This document shows, piece by piece, positions 12,077 through 27,153 of a stretch of 64,000 bases of DNA; within the stretch, counting starts at the first letter, position 1; each line of letters begins with the position of its first letter. Made by a program: the position numbers and the translations under genes. The stretch lies in NCBI GenBank assembly GCA_951406725.2, contig OX597817.1, positions 70,928,001-70,992,000 on the forward strand. Direction: 5' to 3'. Under the pieces are notes generated by a model that had not been told where the DNA came from, did no database searches, and saw only the letters and a program-made list of their open reading frames with translations. The stretch is from Octopus vulgaris. Taxonomy: Eukaryota.

Positions 12077-12341
12077 GTGTGTGTGTTTGTGCGTGTGTGT
12101 GTGTGTGCTTGAGTACTGTGTCGATTCATTCGACTAATAACTCTCCAAGGCGGTACCCCGGCATGACCACAATCTACTAGCTGAAAAAAGTAAAAGATAA
12201 ACGATATATGTACAGGGGTGGATAAAAGTAGGTATACACTCATCTATTTCTTTTTCACGAAATTAGGGATAACTATTTTATTATAGGAAAAATTATTTAA
12301 AAAGAACATAGAATAGAGAATTTTTATCCTAAAAATGTACG

Positions 12342-12407
<66 letters not shown>

Positions 12408-12492
12408 AAATATATATAGGGTGGTGAGTTTTTTTGGGGTTTTTTTTTTGAAATTTCACCACCAGTGGTCTAGCATGTATAAAAAGTCAATA

Positions 12493-12841
12493 CACAACAT
12501 ATTCTCAAATATAAAATAGTGTACATTTAAACACAAGAGAAAACTGCCTTCAACAGGTAATTTTTGTACGCTAGACAAAGTAATTAAAACGAACAAAACC
12601 ACATTTAAGACCATTCTTAAAAAGAACATAAATTTATTTGCTAAAAAAATTAAGAAACCTAGGTCTGACCGGATTAAAATAACAAGGTAAAAGTTTTTAT
12701 TTTTCATTCCTTTCGAAGATTGCTCTTAAATGTGGTTTTGTTCGTTTTGACTGCTTCTTCTAGCGTGTAAAATCTGCCTGTTGAAGGCAGTTTTCTCTTG
12801 TGTTTAAATGTACACTATTTTATATTTGAGAATATGTTGTG
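12493..12841. mobile_element. Foldback/MITE-like element with ~120-bp inverted arms
   Basis: cacaacatattctcaaatataaaatagtgtacatttaaacacaagagaaaactgccttcaacagg is exactly inverted at the right end (to 12841); inner parts of the arms are diverged. Confidence 0.75.
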
Positions 12842-12898
<57 letters not shown>

Positions 12899-12923
12899 GT
12901 GTATGTGTGTGCGCGCGTGTGTA

Positions 12924-14169
12924 TCAGGCTGAGTAAAAAGTAAGCAACGTTTTGAAACATCAAATTCATCACAATATATTTCAACAATGCTGAATTTTTT
13001 TTCATCAAAGTAAGTACCATTACAATCAAAACATTTTTGCCAAGGAGCTACAAGTTTATTTATTCCGGTAACAAAATTTTGGAGTTCTGGAGCTGATGAA
13101 CTCTTTCAACGCACTTTCAGCATCGGTTTGGTTTTTAAACTCCTTCTCTCGCAGGAAACCAACAAGATGCTTGAAACAGTGGTATCAGTAGGAGAAAGGT
13201 GTGGGGAATAAGCTGAGTGGGGAAGAACATCGTAACCAAGTTCACTCAACTTCTCGAGCGTCATTAGTGAAACGTGTGGTCAAGCATTGTCATGAAGAAG
13301 AGTTGGCCTCTCTTCTGTTTACCAGTCTGAGACGGAGTAGTAGCAGTTATTCGTTCATTTTGGCAATTTCACGGTGACATGTTTCTGCAGTAATGCTTTT
13401 TCCGGGTTTTAAGAAATCATAATGGATGAGTCCAGCAGTACACCACCAAATAGTTACTATAACCTTATTTTTGAAGAGCTTGGGTTTCGGGAAGGTTTTC
13501 GGTGTTTCACTTTGGTTCAACCACTACGAAGAACGTCTTTTACTATAGTACAGAATCCACATTGCCTCGCAAGTTACTTATACAGTCGAGAAATGGATCG
13601 GTCTGGTTAGGAAGAAGAGACGAGCAAATTTCATATCTGCGCATTTCCTGATTTTCGTTCAAATCGTTTTGTACCCATTTGTCCAGCTGTTTTTGATATT
13701 TCGATCGCATGCAAATGATTGCAGGCAGTTTTCTGGCTAACTTGAAGTTTTGCCAGTTCTCGAATAGTTTTACGTGGATCTTTCTCAATGACGGTCTTTA
13801 ATTGATCGTCATCAATGACAGATGGGCGTCCACTACGCACACGATCTTCAAAGCTCAGGTATCCACTGCGAAATCGTTTAACTATTTTCGAGCTGACTAC
13901 TCACTAGTCATTTCCTCACCAAACGTTTCCTTGATTTCGCGAACTGTATCAGCTGTTTTACGTCCGTTATGGAAGTTGGATAACAAAATTGCTTGAATAT
14001 CGCGCTTTGACAGTTCCATTTCAGAAAATTGTAACAAGGGTGAAAAACTTATCCATGTAAATCTATGTGTTAGTCTATGTCTTTATTATCAGACAATTGC
14101 AAAACAATGCAAAAATCCTATACAAATTCTTCATGGTTTAAAACGTTGTTTACTTTTCACTCAACCTGA
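12924..14169 (-). mobile_element. Full-length degenerate mariner transposon (Hsmar1-like)
   Basis: TIRs tcaggctgagtaaaaagtaagcaacgtttt / aaaacgttgtttacttttcactcaacctga, TA on the left flank. Minus-strand transposase from ATG ~14019: [42 protein letters not shown]; stops and frameshifts. Confidence 0.92.
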
Positions 14170-14171
14170 CA

Positions 14172-14280
<109 letters not shown>

Positions 14281-14530
14281 GTTCTCTTTTAAAAAGAGAG
14301 CAAATTTTGAGTGGTCTGTAGACTTCTGATATTGGCGTTAGCACTCCAGCGCATTTAATTATAATTATAATAATATTTTTATAATTTTATGCTTAAAACG
14401 ACACAGACACACAAGCATATATATATAGAGAGAGAGAGATGTAAGAACTTACTGTGATCAAGGCTGCGTGGGGTTCGATTGTAAATAAATAATATAATAT
14501 ATATACATATATATATAGATATACGCACAC

Positions 14531-14586
<56 letters not shown>

Positions 14587-15059
14587 GTTTTCGTATTCAT
14601 GCGTGTGAAGATCGGAATTAATGTTTGTAAGAGCGTACTACTATGCGACTGTGTAAAATTTTCTTTAGGAAAGGAGAATTGTGAACGATTAGTAGTGACG
14701 GAGATATGGAAACGGTTGGTGTTAGCGCTCTTCTTATCTTTGCTGTGTCTCAGACATTCGTCTGACAAACAACAGGTGTATGGATTCGGTTTCGAATCTC
14801 AGCAAAGCAGAGGAAAACGATCTCCTACATATGTGTGTGTGAGAGAGAGAGGGGGGTGCCATCAGTTTTAGGGAGGAAGGGATACCCTTTACGATAATTC
14901 TAGGAGGTGACTGGTATTGCATTTTATTGACCCCTGGAGATGTGAGGTTAAGTGTCTTCGGCGAGATTTGAACCGAGAATGTTGTGATCCGGAAGAAATA
15001 CCGCGAAAGCACTTTCCTAAACGCCTCTAATGAATCATCGCTTTAATAATTTACAGTGA

Positions 15060-15850
15060 CGCATACATACACACACTGAGAAGGACATGCTTTTGCTATC
15101 CAGGAACATGAGATAGGTTACTAAGTACCTGCTAAACCAGAAATACAAAAATATCACCAAACCTCTACGTTGCGATAGAAAATGTCGGCTCTGCCATACC
15201 CGTGTGGAGGATATCACCTATATCATCAGCAGCTGCCACAAAATGTGTATGAGATACCACCTGCCCCTGAGGCATGACATAGTTGCAAAAACTATTTACA
15301 ATGCTAACTGCAGGAAGGACTTCTCTGACGTTGGTGCAAATATAACCGACCTGATATTGCGCTTTGGGACATGGAAAAAAAGCCATGAACTGTTATAAGG
15401 GCTAGCTGCTCAGCGGATGTGAATGTACAATCAAAAGTCCAGGAAAAAGAGAATATTTATGGTGAATTAATGCGAAACTTGCAGCTCTTGTACCTTGACT
15501 ATAAATATTCCTTTTTACTTATCACCAAAGATACATTAAGCTACGTACCCACAAATTTACATAAAACCCTAGAAATACTAGGTTTTTCAAAGAAAGAGCA
15601 AAAGAAAATGACTGGAATTCTCCAAATTCAATTTATTAGCGACACAGTGAAGATTTGTAAGACATTCCAAAGATTCGCCATTTGAGATTCTGTAGATGAA
15701 TAGATGCACACACTTGGATGTGTGCATCGGCGTTTCAACACTAACTCAACTATGTACGTATTTACAAACTCCAGGAAATCTTTTAAATTAAAAAGTCTTG
15801 TTGCTTTGTTAGTGGCCGGCTGGAACTTTCAAAAGAAGAACTTAAATAAA
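15060..15850 (+). mobile_element. RLE-type LINE 3' part (R4/Hero-like), degenerate
   Basis: IQEHE...CRLC....EDITYIISSC....RHDIVAK (CCHC-like knuckle + RHD), then K.QEK..IYGEL and a C-terminal K.CK.F; internal deletion and stops. Confidence 0.8.
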
Positions 15851-15883
15851 TCTCAAAGAAAAATCATACATAGATATATACAA

Positions 15884-15990
<107 letters not shown>

Positions 15991-16009
15991 ACAAGGTATA
16001 AATAATGGT

Positions 16010-16408
16010 TACTCTCTTTACTCTCTTACTTGTTTCAGTCATGTGACTGTGGCCATGCTGGAGCACCGCCTTTAGTCGAGCAAGTCGACCCTAGGACTTA
16101 TTCTTTGCAAGCCTAGTACTTATTCTATCAGTCTCTTTTGCCGAACCGCTAAGTTACGTGGACGTAAACACGCCAGCATCGGTTGTCTAGCGATGTTGGG
16201 TGGGGGTGGGGGGAACAAACTGACACACAACAATATACACACACATACATATACATATACATATACACGACGGGCGTCTATCAGTTTCTGTCTACCAAAT
16301 CCACTCACAAGGTTTTGGTTGGCTCGAAGCTATAGTAGAAGACACTTGCCCAAGGTGCCGCGCAGTGGGACTGAACCCAGAACCATGTGGTTCGTAAGCA
16401 AACTTCTT
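16010..16408 (-). mobile_element. SINE family A, near full length
   Basis: Colinear with the 4033-4441 copy. Confidence 0.88.
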
Positions 16409-17227
16409 ATTAGATATTTTTCATTTTGGCTTCCAGCTGTTTCGATAGTCATTATGGGTACGTTACTAATAGGTTTCTCGATGGGGCTATTGATCAGTTG
16501 AGAAAAGCTTGAACAACCTTCTGATTATTCTGGAAAGATCTATAAACCGAATTTACTCCAATAAGGAAAAAATATCTAATGACCATTTTTAATACCTCGT
16601 TTTGTATATCCCTCTGTATTAAAACAAGTTTGACTGAAACGCAACCACGGATTCACAATATAGAATGGCAATGAGCAATAATCACGGACCCTGCCAAAGA
16701 ATACTTGGAGTTCTTCACTAACCTAAACAATATTATAAGGGGCATCAGCCATCTGAATGTGGCTAGGGACAGGGCAGGGTGGTGGGGGTGTTACTGATGC
16801 ATTTAGCCCCAGGTGATCATCGACGTCACCAGGAGGGCTGACACCATCTCGGTGTCCTCTAGCCTGCAAAGGGAGATCATTCCCCGAAGACACGGATGCT
16901 ACATACGGATAGCCAGGAATAGCTAATAGAGAGCTTATAAAGTACTTTGCCCAGAATGATAATCCCTCGCTAATAACTCTGTTTTATATGTATATAGTTG
17001 TGTGTGTGTGTGTGATTATAAAGCACTTTTAGCTTTACGCCCCCCAAATCAGTCTTTATCTTTTCCTCATTCTCTCGTCTCCATTTCTTTCTCTACACCC
17101 CGCCCCTTATATTTTCAGGTCACCTCCCTCTCATTTACCTATTGACCTATCACCCTTTATATATACCCCTAATTCTCTATCTCTCTCCCGCTGCCCCTTC
17201 CTCTGTCTGTCTGTCTGTCTGTCTGTC

Positions 17228-17262
<35 letters not shown>

Positions 17263-17779
17263 ATATCTCCATATATCTCCAACTGTTTGTCTTCTTTCCT
17301 CTGTTACTCTAATTCTCTCTTTGGCCATCTCTTTCTTTTTATCCTTCCTTCCTTCCTTCCTTTTTCACTCCCTCCTGCTCTACCTTCTTCCTTATTGGAT
17401 TGTCAGCCAGAATCTAGGACACGCTGACCCGTTTTTTTTTTATTGTAGTTGTTGATATAGTTGAAATTTTTTGCTTGTTTTGCCTCAGGGTGGGTCTCAT
17501 TCAGAAAGACAGGATGGTCATAGCTGGAACATTTGCGATCATTCAGATATAAATGTATCTGAGACTACACCATATAATGGTTTCCTTCCTTCTTAATTGT
17601 GTTTTAAACTTTCTAAATAGAGGGAGGTTTGGCTGCTATAGATGATGGTGATGATGATGATGATCGGAAAATTTACAGAAATAGAGAACTGAAACGAATT
17701 CATATATGGAGATGTTGCTGTAACTGCTGCTGCTGATGACGAAGGTGTTCTCTTGTTTTTGCTGTTATTTTTGTTCTTG

Positions 17780-17965
17780 TTGGTAATGTTGGCAGCAATA
17801 GTGGTGACGATTATGATGGTAGTAGTAGTAGTAGTAGTAAACGTGATGGTGATAGTGGTAGTAGTGGTAGTAGTAGTAGTAGTAGTAGTAGCTGTTGTAG
17901 TAGTAGTAGCAGTAGTAGTAGTAGTAGCAACTGGGTAGTGGTGGTGGTGGTGGTGGTGGTGGTAG
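17780..17965. repeat. Compound (GTA)n/(GTG)n trinucleotide microsatellite
   Basis: Directly visible. Confidence 0.9.
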
Positions 17966-18471
17966 CGATGGTAATATGGACATACTATATAAGGAAAAAA
18001 GGCAACTTGAGATAAGTGGGTGACAACGAGGAATTTTTTATACACACACACACACACACACATGCACGCACGCGCGTGTGCACACAAACACATACATAAA
18101 TACATACACACACGTACATCCATCCATACATACATGTCTTGTTCATGTATGTGTGTGTGTGTGTGTGTGTGTGTAAGTTCCACAATGCTAGTTTACAGCC
18201 TTGCGTTACTTGAAGATTCATGTCTTTATTCTTTGGACATTCTTCAGACTTGGCTAGCTGATAGATCAGATTTTTCCCATCCTCACCCACACCCGATCTT
18301 TGTCAGTATTGTAAACTTTGAGTAACGGAATGTTGTAAAATAGAATTCCTAACATACACATTAAATATTTACTCTATCTAGGTACCGAGTTTTCGTTTTT
18401 CTTCTTTTTTTTCTCCTTCAGTTTGTGCTTAGTATAATATGCGTACGTGATCTCAAAAACGTACAAGACGC

Positions 18472-18621
18472 AGGCGTGTCGGCATGGCAAGAGGTTTGCT
18501 CCCCAACCATATAGTTCTAGGTTCAGTCCCATTGCGCGGTACCCTGGACAACTGTCTTCTAATGTAGTGTGGCCCCGGGTCGAACAAAGCCTTGTGGGTG
18601 GAAAACTAAAAGAAGCCCGTC

Positions 18622-18625
<4 letters not shown>
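18472..18625 (+). mobile_element. SINE family A 5' part, diverged
   Basis: ggttcagtccc B box and aaagaagcccgtcg before (TA)n. Confidence 0.7.
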
Positions 18626-18696
<71 letters not shown>

Positions 18697-18700
<4 letters not shown>

Positions 18701-18843
18701 CTTGGCAACTAAGTACCCGCCGTTTTTTTTAATTCAAAATTTTAAAAGGTTTAATAAAAAATAACAATTAATAATTCAATAATGTATTCACCCTTGTTGT
18801 TTACAACATCTGCCCAACGTTCAACAAGATTTTCAATACCCCA
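18697..18843 (-). mobile_element. Mariner 3' end with TIR
   Basis: TA|ttggcttggcaactaag TIR; minus strand GIENLVERWADVVNNKGEYI matches the mariner C-terminal GI..L..RW...G.Y motif. Confidence 0.8.
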
Positions 18844-19162
18844 TTGGTGGTGGTAGCAGTGGTATTGGTGATGATCATGGGAATAATACATGACCACCAA
18901 TATTTTGGCGTATGGGATATCAAAAGATTCAGTACTATTTCCGCTACCAGCTAAACTTTATTTTCATTGACATATTTCCATTACAAAAATTTAAAATTGT
19001 AATCTTTTTCCATAACTCAACTATCGTAAGCATTTTATACGACGACGACGACGATGACGTCACATCTTCTATATGTGTATGTACCTTAAAAGAAATCCAT
19101 CATTACGACACACACCTTCACTCACTCACTCACTCACTCTCTCTCTCTGTTTCTCTCTCTCG

Positions 19163-19200
<38 letters not shown>

Positions 19201-20740
19201 CATTTCATATACACAGACATACATCTCGTTGTAACGGAATTGCCGTGTGAAGCGCAGAATGAGAGAAAGACAGAGAGACAAGAGAAAGAAAGAGACAGAA
19301 AACAAGCTTCTATAGGAGAAGCTGAAAGACGGATAGCTGGCGAGAGACACACGTTAATGTTTCATACCCTATGTATGTTCTATAGTTGAAAGTGAAAGAA
19401 AGCCAGCACAAAATTGATACTGTACGTTCTATAGGTGAAGGTGAAAGAAAGCTGCACAAAGAGAGGGGGAAAGCGGGCGAGAAGGTGACGCTGAGAACCA
19501 CAGAAATGAGGTCTTGTACAATTTTAAGGTCATTTTTACTTTCGTCCCATGTTTCACGCGTGTGTAGAATTTGGCATTATCTTTCTCTTTTAATTTCTCA
19601 TTATAATGTATAGAGACCTTCTGCTGTTAACATATTACAACTTCACTACATTTCCTTCTTTTTGGAATTAAGAAAGGTATGCAAAAATAACTTCCTTTGG
19701 CACACACACGCATGCGCGCACACACACAGCAAATGTTATTTTTTGATGTGCGTTAAATTACAGCTCAAATCCTACGGAAATGAAATCAAAAACATAGCTT
19801 GGTTCGTAGAGAGAGCTATTTTAGCGTTTTAGAATGAAAGCGTTGATAAAGTAATCCGTGAACTCCTCCATATTCTACCTGGAAATACTTCAACGTTTGT
19901 CTCCGTTGATACTCTCATCGACGAATATGCCACTGTGGGTATACCACAGTTTACACAGGTAGAGTAGAATAGTTAGTGGACTGTTATGTAGATTTATATA
20001 GATAGATGTATGTATGTGTGTGTGTGTGTGGCTGTGAGTGTGTGTGTATGCACATGTATTTTTTCTTTGTATGTAAGCATATGGATATGAAAATATACAG
20101 ATCAACATACAGACGGATAGGTACATATGTTATAAGAACAGACAAGCACACATACGCAAATGGAGACTGACACACATGGTGGTCATACAAACACACACTT
20201 TACTTCACTCAAGGACACATATGGAGACAAGGATCCACACATATAGAGATGCACATCCATGCATACAAACATGGTACATAGTTGCATAACATACACACAC
20301 AGACATGCACACACACACATATATACATACAAACACATACATACATACACACATACATACGTACATGCATGCATGCATAGGCACACACACACACACACAC
20401 ATACACACACATACACATACACACACACACACACTGACCCACACACATGCGCACAAACAAACAAAAAGGAACGCAGTGTAAATAACGGACAGATTCAAGA
20501 CTATTGAAAAGGTTGCAAGACGCAACGAAAATTTTCGGAAAATAAAATAAGAAATAAGTGGAAATTTTACCGGTGAGTGTGTTACATTATAAGGCACAAA
20601 AAGAAAATGACTCTCCCCAGACACAACAGAATATGCTTCAACACACGAACTCATATAAAGAATCTTGCAAACCAAATCCCAAAACGAAATATATATATGC
20701 ATGTATATGTATATATGTATGTATGCATGCATGTATATAT

Positions 20741-20799
<59 letters not shown>

Positions 20800-20815
20800 G
20801 ATAGATAGATAGATT

Positions 20816-20852
<37 letters not shown>

Positions 20853-20854
20853 TT

Positions 20855-20943
<89 letters not shown>

Positions 20944-21254
20944 CAGACATACAGACAGACAGGCAGAGGGATAGATAGATAGATACTTACATATACGGGG
21001 GTTGAAAAATAATAAAAGAAGAAATGCCTTTTTCCTTTTATTTTTCAGTGAATTAATTGCAAGTTCATTATTACAGTTGAATAATTTTAGAATATCTTAT
21101 TAAACTCTTAAAATTTCATTATAACATAAATACATCAAAGTACATAATTTCAAACCGGTTTCACTTTTTCCAGAAGATTTACATTGCAGTGTATGTGTGT
21201 AATGGTTTGCTACAAGCCTTCGTGCGTACATACATACATACATACATACATACA

Positions 21255-21287
<33 letters not shown>

Positions 21288-21436
21288 GCTTGCGTACATA
21301 TGAAAGTACTAAAAAAAAAATGCGTGTATACAGAATACAAAATTTATTTTGTCGAAAAGTGATTTGACAGCTTCTTCGATTTGTCGGCATTTTTCCACCT
21401 CTTTACGCATTGAATTCTTTTGTAGAAAGAACTATC

Positions 21437-21549
<113 letters not shown>

Positions 21550-24500
21550 GCGTGTGCGTGCGTGTGTGTGTGTGTTATGCAGAACGTAATTTGTGAGTTG
21601 GTTTTAAATAGAAGAGTTTATCTACACGTATAAATTTGTGAGTAGTATGAGTTTATATAGTGTGAAAAAAATATGTAGCGAAAGGCTGTGCGTTTGGAAG
21701 GAAATGTTTTAGGTGAAGCTGGGTGGTGTATAAGGGAAGGTAGAGATAGAATATTTACCAACATACAAAATAGTTCTATTCTTTGTTTTTAAACAATTAG
21801 AATTCTTTTAACGCCAAATCCCGTCTCTTATCTATCAAAACATTGGCTTCGGTCCTGTAGGATGTTTATTTTTGCCATAGCAAATGAAGCGTGAATCTCT
21901 TTTATGGTATACATATGAGATGACCAAGAAAGAAAGATGTCCGACATATAGATAGGTACGTATATGTGTTTGTGTATTTGTCCCCGTGCGTGTGTCTCCG
22001 AGTGCGTGTGAATGTACATATATAGAATTACATATACTATTTAAAAAAAATATTCAATTACAGAATATTATAGAACATAGCTTCAACTATTTTGGCCATT
22101 ACATCCATTTCGCACCTTAACCATATTCATTATAAACAGTTAAATAGGTGGCCAAAACCCTAATCTTAGGTATGTCCCTCCACATCCTACATACAATCAA
22201 AACTTACAGCTCCAAATTCCCCCAAATAGTTCCCCATTGCTGCACTGCAACGATTCTTAAGGATATGTCATACAACGCTTGGAGAAACTCAGCCATCCTT
22301 CAGACATAGCGCTTTTATTTCGCATTACAAGTCATATAAGACCAATATCCAAACCACGGATGACATCCTTGTACGTCACACAATCTGCAAGTCTTCCTGT
22401 CTCCCAAGTTACAAACGACTCATTGATTCTTTACCGAAAGGATCTTAACATATTTTGTCGGATTCTCCTTTTTTTCACTTCTTAAATATGATAGTTCTGT
22501 GAGGTGTACACACGCATAAAAAATTCTTTTTAATTTCTATTCACTAGGCATCTAGCTCTGTACTGTATGTCTATTAGGTAAATCTTCTTCAAAACTATTC
22601 CATTCCACTCCACCAGACTCGCCACTACGTTCACTTACACAAGTTCGAAAATAGTTCTGGTTGCTTCAAGCCAACAAAACCGCTGACCTTGCCAAATACT
22701 TTTCTTATACCCTCAAATAATGCACTCTTGAGTTAAACACTTATTTACTAAATTCTGTCCCTCTTCCTCGAGACTGTCTGCAGTATAATTTGGAATCATA
22801 CTACAGACAGTCACATTCTCAAAAGGGAACCCTATCTAAATGTCAAAGACTTAGGATTAAAAACACAATCTATCTGGGATAAATAAAGCAATAAAGGAAA
22901 GAAGACGTGAAAGCAAAATGTTATTAGAGGCAGAAATCTAATATGAGCACACTAGTTATCCTATTAATTATGTATGGTTTTCATACAGTAAATTGTAAAT
23001 TTAAACTAAGCAATCTACGAAGCACAGCTGGGAAAATATAGAAAACTATGAGAAAATTTAGAATGCACCGCCCTTGAATTTAATGTTAACAGAATATCAA
23101 CAATGTAACCGAAGAAAAATAACCCAGGGGAGTGTTCTACATATTTAATATATACAGAGTTGTACCTCACACATGTAATATACAGAAGTGAAAATTTTCG
23201 ATTAACTGGAATTATCCAAGCAATTAGTCAATAAAAATTCCCTCTATGTTTGTTTAAAATTTGGAAAAAAGAAACAAGGGTGATAACATCAATAAGGATA
23301 TGTGCTAGAAATTTCTCGACAGTTTAGACTACGCAGTTTAGAATAGGTCTCGTCTTTTATGGTACCTGGTGCGATAGCAATGGATATGTTTCCTGTTACT
23401 GCTTTTGAAATTTTTAATTACACCCTGGAGGGAGTTTTATTTCTTAATTGATCGAAGTGTTTCAACACACTCAATTACATACATGCGACTCTACTGTACT
23501 TTTTTCTTTTTTCTGTATAGAGAATATACTTACCACGCACCGAAAGAGCTGAAGGGACACAGACAAATAGAAAATTACCCTAAAATAATTACTGTATGAC
23601 TAAAAGCATAATTGATAGAGAGAATAAGAACAGGTTCTACAGATTAATTAGAGAATATGATAAAATCAGAAATTATTTCCCAGAGATAAAGAAGTAATTA
23701 GGTACAGCATAGAGACAGTTGAAGATTAAAAAAAACAAACAAAATACCAGCTGAATAAACAAAGCAAATAATGACGAACCCGAGACAATTCCTCTTCGTG
23801 ATCGCTCGAGCCGCTTGAAATAACAACGAAATCTCCCTCAAATTATATGCTAGCGTGTTTGAGAAGTAGAGAAGACTGGATTATATATATGTGTACTCGT
23901 TAATAAACAATTAACACGAAAACGGGTTCTTTGTCACTAGAACACTTCTGACCGTAAATCTATCAGGATTGAACAAGGGATAAACACCATCACCATCAGC
24001 AGCAGTAGCAGCAGCAGCAACACCAACAACAACAACAGCAACAATAACAACAACACTCCACCAACAATAACAGCAACAAACAAAATACCAAATCTCAACT
24101 TCCTGTATGAAATAAATAAAAAAAGAGGCGCATTAGATAACGTAGTCACGGCTGGAATGCCTTTAATAATAACACCTACTAAATGGCTGGAATATCTTTA
24201 ATAATAACAGCTACTAAATGTTTTTTTCTTCTTTTTTTTAAGGAGTTAGCACATAGGAGTACAAAAAGAAAAAGACTAAAGGAGTTCAAAATAAAGAAAA
24301 AAATATTCACTTCTATGTGACAAAAAGCAGCTTTAAAATCTTGAAGTCATGGACCATAAGAGCTTCTAAACAGAATTAAATAGAAGTGATTATAACATGT
24401 ATTGCGGTTGTTGTTATTGAATGTTAACAAACGTTAGGAATACATAAAGGAAAACTTAACCGTTCGGAAAACTTAAACCGTGAGAAATGTAACTGAATAA

Positions 24501-24619
24501 GTGCAATGTTATGACCAGTCCAAATATGCTTGAGGCTCAGTCGAACTGGAGAACAAGCCGTTCCCTGTGTTTTGTCATGGAGAAAATCTCTCGCTGTTGA
24601 CAAATGGTGTGGATACACC

Positions 24620-25366
24620 TAGATCAGTAACTAGATCATTGTTTCAGTTTAGAAATGAAAGTACTTTTGAAGTTTGGAGTAAGAGGGAATATTTTGTTTG
24701 GTTGAATGTTGAATAATGACTTGTGTACAGTACCATTTTGGTTAATATATATGAACATAACCTAAATCTTCATCTGCAGAGAAAGAATAAAATATGGTAT
24801 AAATAACAGATTCCTTGAAAGTTTTCTTAACTAAACCGGAAAATTAGAAAAGAAAGCATCGAAACTGTTGCTATGTTTTACAAATTGTCACAAACTCTTG
24901 TTGTTCGAAGCGAAGGTCAATTGTTTCCAGAATTTCTAAAAGAGGGAATTTTACATTTGACAGCAGTACAAGGTAAATTCGACCAATATTTTCCTAATCG
25001 CACTGATGAGGAATTGAATTCGGTGCTAAAGCCATTTCAATTATTAGATGAAAGCGAAAATGGTAAAGAAGAATTTCTAGAGGTAAAGAATAATCCAGGA
25101 GCAAGAAAAATGATCGATGAGAAGTCAATCACAGAATTTTGGCCCTTGATATACGATTCCTATCCTAACGTGTCTGAAAAACGCTAAAAGTACTTTGCTT
25201 CAATGTCTGTTAAATTTTTGTGGGTAATTTTTTCTTCTTAAATCGGTTGCAAGTGAAAACTAAGTAATGAAACCGATTGCAAGTTTAAAACGTGCGATTC
25301 CTTTCAAGCGCATTTCCTTATACCCAAGAATTGATAAAGAAAAAGCAATTTCAGGTCTTTCATTGG
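24620..25366 (+). mobile_element. hAT (Buster/Charlie-like) transposase C-terminal remnant
   Basis: HL...F..YFP...PF...EEFLEVKN...SITEFW....YP.VSEK, followed by degenerate K.K..NRL and KKQ.Q..H (dimerisation domain). Confidence 0.75.
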
Positions 25367-25825
25367 CTTCCTTTTTCCACCACAGTAAAATTAATTCAAT
25401 ACCCTGGCATTCTTATATATTGAGGTTTCAGTGCTATTAGTTATGAATACAAACAAACTTATTGGTATTGAAGTTTTAAAATCGATCAATATTTTCTGTT
25501 ACTTGTAAATTTGTAAACATCCGTGAATAAAATGGCTACTAATATATATAAAAAGGATTTTCAATGTTATATAAATGTTATTTGGAATACAGCTTTTTGA
25601 GTCAGACAATCTTGGAAAGTGAGAATTGATATTAAGAAATAAGCTAAAAAAAATGGCGCATACTGTAAAAGAAAATTGAGAGTTACTGATATAGTGTATA
25701 GAGTTTGCAAATAAAAGAGCAACAGAGCAACTCGAGATAATGACTCACGCAGTCTCAGTTTAAAATAAATATTATGTGTGTGCGTGCATGTGAGTGTGTG
25801 TGTACGCAAATGTGTGTGTATATAT

Positions 25826-25876
<51 letters not shown>

Positions 25877-26019
25877 TATATATATACATATATATATATA
25901 TACATATATATTACGTGTGTATGTGTACGTATATAATATATATATATATATATACGTAAGTGAGTATGTGAACTTATATAATATATATATATATATTATA
26001 TGTATATACATGTTATACA

Positions 26020-26094
<75 letters not shown>

Positions 26095-26156
26095 TGAGGA
26101 AGACAGAGTGGAGAAAACCCGAGAGAGGGATTGGGAGAGAGGGATAGGGGGGAGAA

Positions 26157-26214
<58 letters not shown>

Positions 26215-26539
26215 CACAGGTAGGCATAGTCATCAAGTTCAACGCTTGTTGCAAACGTATTTAACAAGTAGTTTTGCAACGATGACGAAAGATTGTTAAA
26301 GTTATTTTTGACGCCACATAGACAGTTCGCTGAAGATAGGGTCTTTGAATATGCCTTTGTTTCATTTCTAGGAATAATATATATTAGCTATTTTTTATTT
26401 ATTTATCAAATTAATTACCCCCACGTAAGACACATATTAGAATCCTTCTTAATTGCAGAGGTAACAGTAACATGGTATATACGTATCTTAAGGACGACAT
26501 TTTGAGAGGGACGTGTGCTTTCGGAAGTTTTATCTACTT

Positions 26540-26900
26540 TTATGTATGTATGTATGTATGTATGTATGTATGTATGTATGTATGTATGTATGTATGTATG
26601 TATGTATGTATGTATGTATGTATGTATGTATGTATGTATGTATGTATGTATGTATGCGTGTATGTATGTGTTTGTGCGTGTGAGCGTAAAGAAATATATT
26701 CGCCTGTATGTATGTATGTATGTATGTATGTATGTATGTATGTATGCGTGTATGTATGTGTATGTATGTATGTATGTATGTATGTATGTATGTATGTATG
26801 TATGCGTGTATGTATGTGTGTTTGTGCGTGTGAGCGTAAAGAAATATATACGCCTGTATGTATTGATGTATGTATGTATGTATGTATGTATGTATGAATG
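26540..26900. repeat. (TATG)n microsatellite with an internal tandem duplication
   Basis: tttgtgcgtgtgagcgtaaagaaatata..cgcctg occurs at ~26671 and ~26821. Confidence 0.9.
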
Positions 26901-27153
26901 TATGTATGTATGTGCGTGTGTACTTATGTACGTGTTTACCTATATATGTATGTGTACATACGAATGTTTGTATAAAGGTATGTATGTATGTGTGTGTGTA
27001 TACGTATGCATGTATGTATACGTACGTATGTAGAGAGCGCGGGAGAAAAAGGGAAATAAGGAGGGATATTCCACTATTCTTTTTCAGTCTTCACTGGTTT
27101 CCATAATTGGATTTCGACCATTTTACGGCATCACCTCGAAGAGTTTAGTCGAT

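Noticed and set aside
14599-14871. ORF with a hydrophobic stretch and GKR motif resembling a neuropeptide precursor
   Set aside because: No Met directly before the hydrophobic segment, only one dibasic site, and it runs into microsatellite and SINE sequence; chance is the simpler explanation.
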